Shown: positions 63,256 through 64,000 of the stretch, piece after piece | Position numbering within the stretch: position 1 is the first letter of the stretch | How the letters are laid out: the number at the start of each line of letters is the position of its first letter | Origin: Alphaproteobacteria bacterium | GTDB lineage: Bacteria > Pseudomonadota > Alphaproteobacteria > MPNO01 > UBA830 | DNA length: 64,000 nucleotides | Assembly: GCA_964291215.2 (NCBI GenBank) | Contig: OZ219790.1 | Location: forward strand, 96,001 to 160,000 | Direction: 5' to 3' | Program-made: the position numbers and the translations under genes | Notes under the pieces: model-generated | The model's database searches: none | What the model was told of the DNA's origin: nothing | What the model saw: only the letters and a program-made list of their open reading frames with translations

Positions 63256-64000
63256 TGGAGCCGCGGCACAATGGCGGCACGGAGCCTCCGGCGCTTGAAT
63301 GCACCGGCGTCACGCGCGCGTTCACGGTCAAGGGACGCCTGTTCAGGCCCGCCCGCACCCTCTGTGCTGTCGATACGGTCTCGTTCTCGGTGAGGCGTGG
63401 AGAAGTCTTTGCCATCGTCGGCGAAAGCGGCGCCGGCAAGACGACGCTGGCGAAGATACTCCTCGGGCTCCAGGTCCCGTCGTCCGGCGTCATCCGGCTT
63501 GCCGGACGGCCGCTCCGCGAGGTCGGGAGGGTTGCGATTGCGCGCCGGGTTCAGCCGGTGTTCCAGGATCCCTATTCCTCGCTCAACCCGAGAAAGACCC
63601 TGGGCCAGATCATAGGCCTGCCGCTCGCCGTGCACCGCATCGGTAGCGAAGCCGACAGGCGGGCACGGGTCGACGAGATCATGGCGATGGTCGGGCTTCC
63701 CGAGCATCTGCTCCATGCCTATCCCAACCAGCTTTCCGGAGGTCAGCGCCAGCGTGTTGCGATCGCGCGCGCCCTGGCGATGAAGCCCGACATCCTCGTC
63801 TGCGACGAACCGACTTCCGCCCTTGACGTTTCGGTACAGGCCCAGATCATCAATCTTCTCAGGGAACTGCAACAGGAGCTTGGCCTGACATACGTGCTGG
63901 TGAGCCACGATCTTGGCGTCGTCCGGCACATGGCGGACCGCGTCGCGGTGATGTATCTTGGACGCATGGTGGAAATCGGACGCACCGCGCAAATTTTTCG
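63252..64000 (+). CDS. Dpp/Opp ABC ATPase (DppF-like), runs off the window end
   Basis: Read directly from sequence: GESGAGKTT, FQDPYSSLNP, LSGGQRQR, CDEPTSALD; absent from the ORF track because there is no stop in the window. Confidence 0.9.
   Translation, partial: MMEPRHNGGTEPPALECTGVTRAFTVKGRLFRPARTLCAVDTVSFSVRRGEVFAIVGESGAGKTTLAKILLGLQVPSSGVIRLAGRPLREVGRVAIARRVQPVFQDPYSSLNPRKTLGQIIGLPLAVHRIGSEADRRARVDEIMAMVGLPEHLLHAYPNQLSGGQRQRVAIARALAMKPDILVCDEPTSALDVSVQAQIINLLRELQQELGLTYVLVSHDLGVVRHMADRVAVMYLGRMVEIGRTAQIF

Overview
GC-rich alphaproteobacterial chromosome segment (Rhodospirillales-like by gene order; inference). An intact housekeeping backbone (atm1-type ABC exporter, mltB-rlpA-dac-tmk-holB-metG ... 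tatD-mazG ... mmsB-like, IMPase, groESL with CIRCE, then a Rieske oxygenase/LigJ-like/Dpp-type ABC cluster) is interrupted by three accessory regions. (1) 1-19.4 kb: two nested decayed group II introns inside an IS66 remnant, an ardC stub, a DUF1778/GNAT toxin-antitoxin pair, a SIR2 stub, and an intact ~13.4-kb operon: XRE-HTH/SNF2 helicase/DUF3883 - DUF2806 - DUF1156 adenine methyltransferase - ABC-type ATPase - TOPRIM-like protein - DUF499 ATPase (BREX-related restriction-modification-like defence system) with a perfect operator-like palindrome upstream. (2) 31.8-42.4 kb between metG and tatD: sulfatase-family hydrolase, cupin, truncated panE-like gene, a multicopper oxidase separated from its probable promoter by IS256, and IS debris. 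(3) 44441-51440: a 7.0-kb element bounded by IS66-type inverted repeats and an 8-bp target duplication, with no transposase of its own. It holds an ankyrin-repeat gene remnant and nested IS256, IS1634 and an IS66 carrying an intact Dam-like methyltransferase. Main leads: the IS66-methyltransferase element (two divergent copies), the IS66-ended ankyrin cassette, the DUF499/DUF1156 operon with accessory slots, and dense microdeletion decay of mobile DNA. All family assignments are by motif recognition, not database search.
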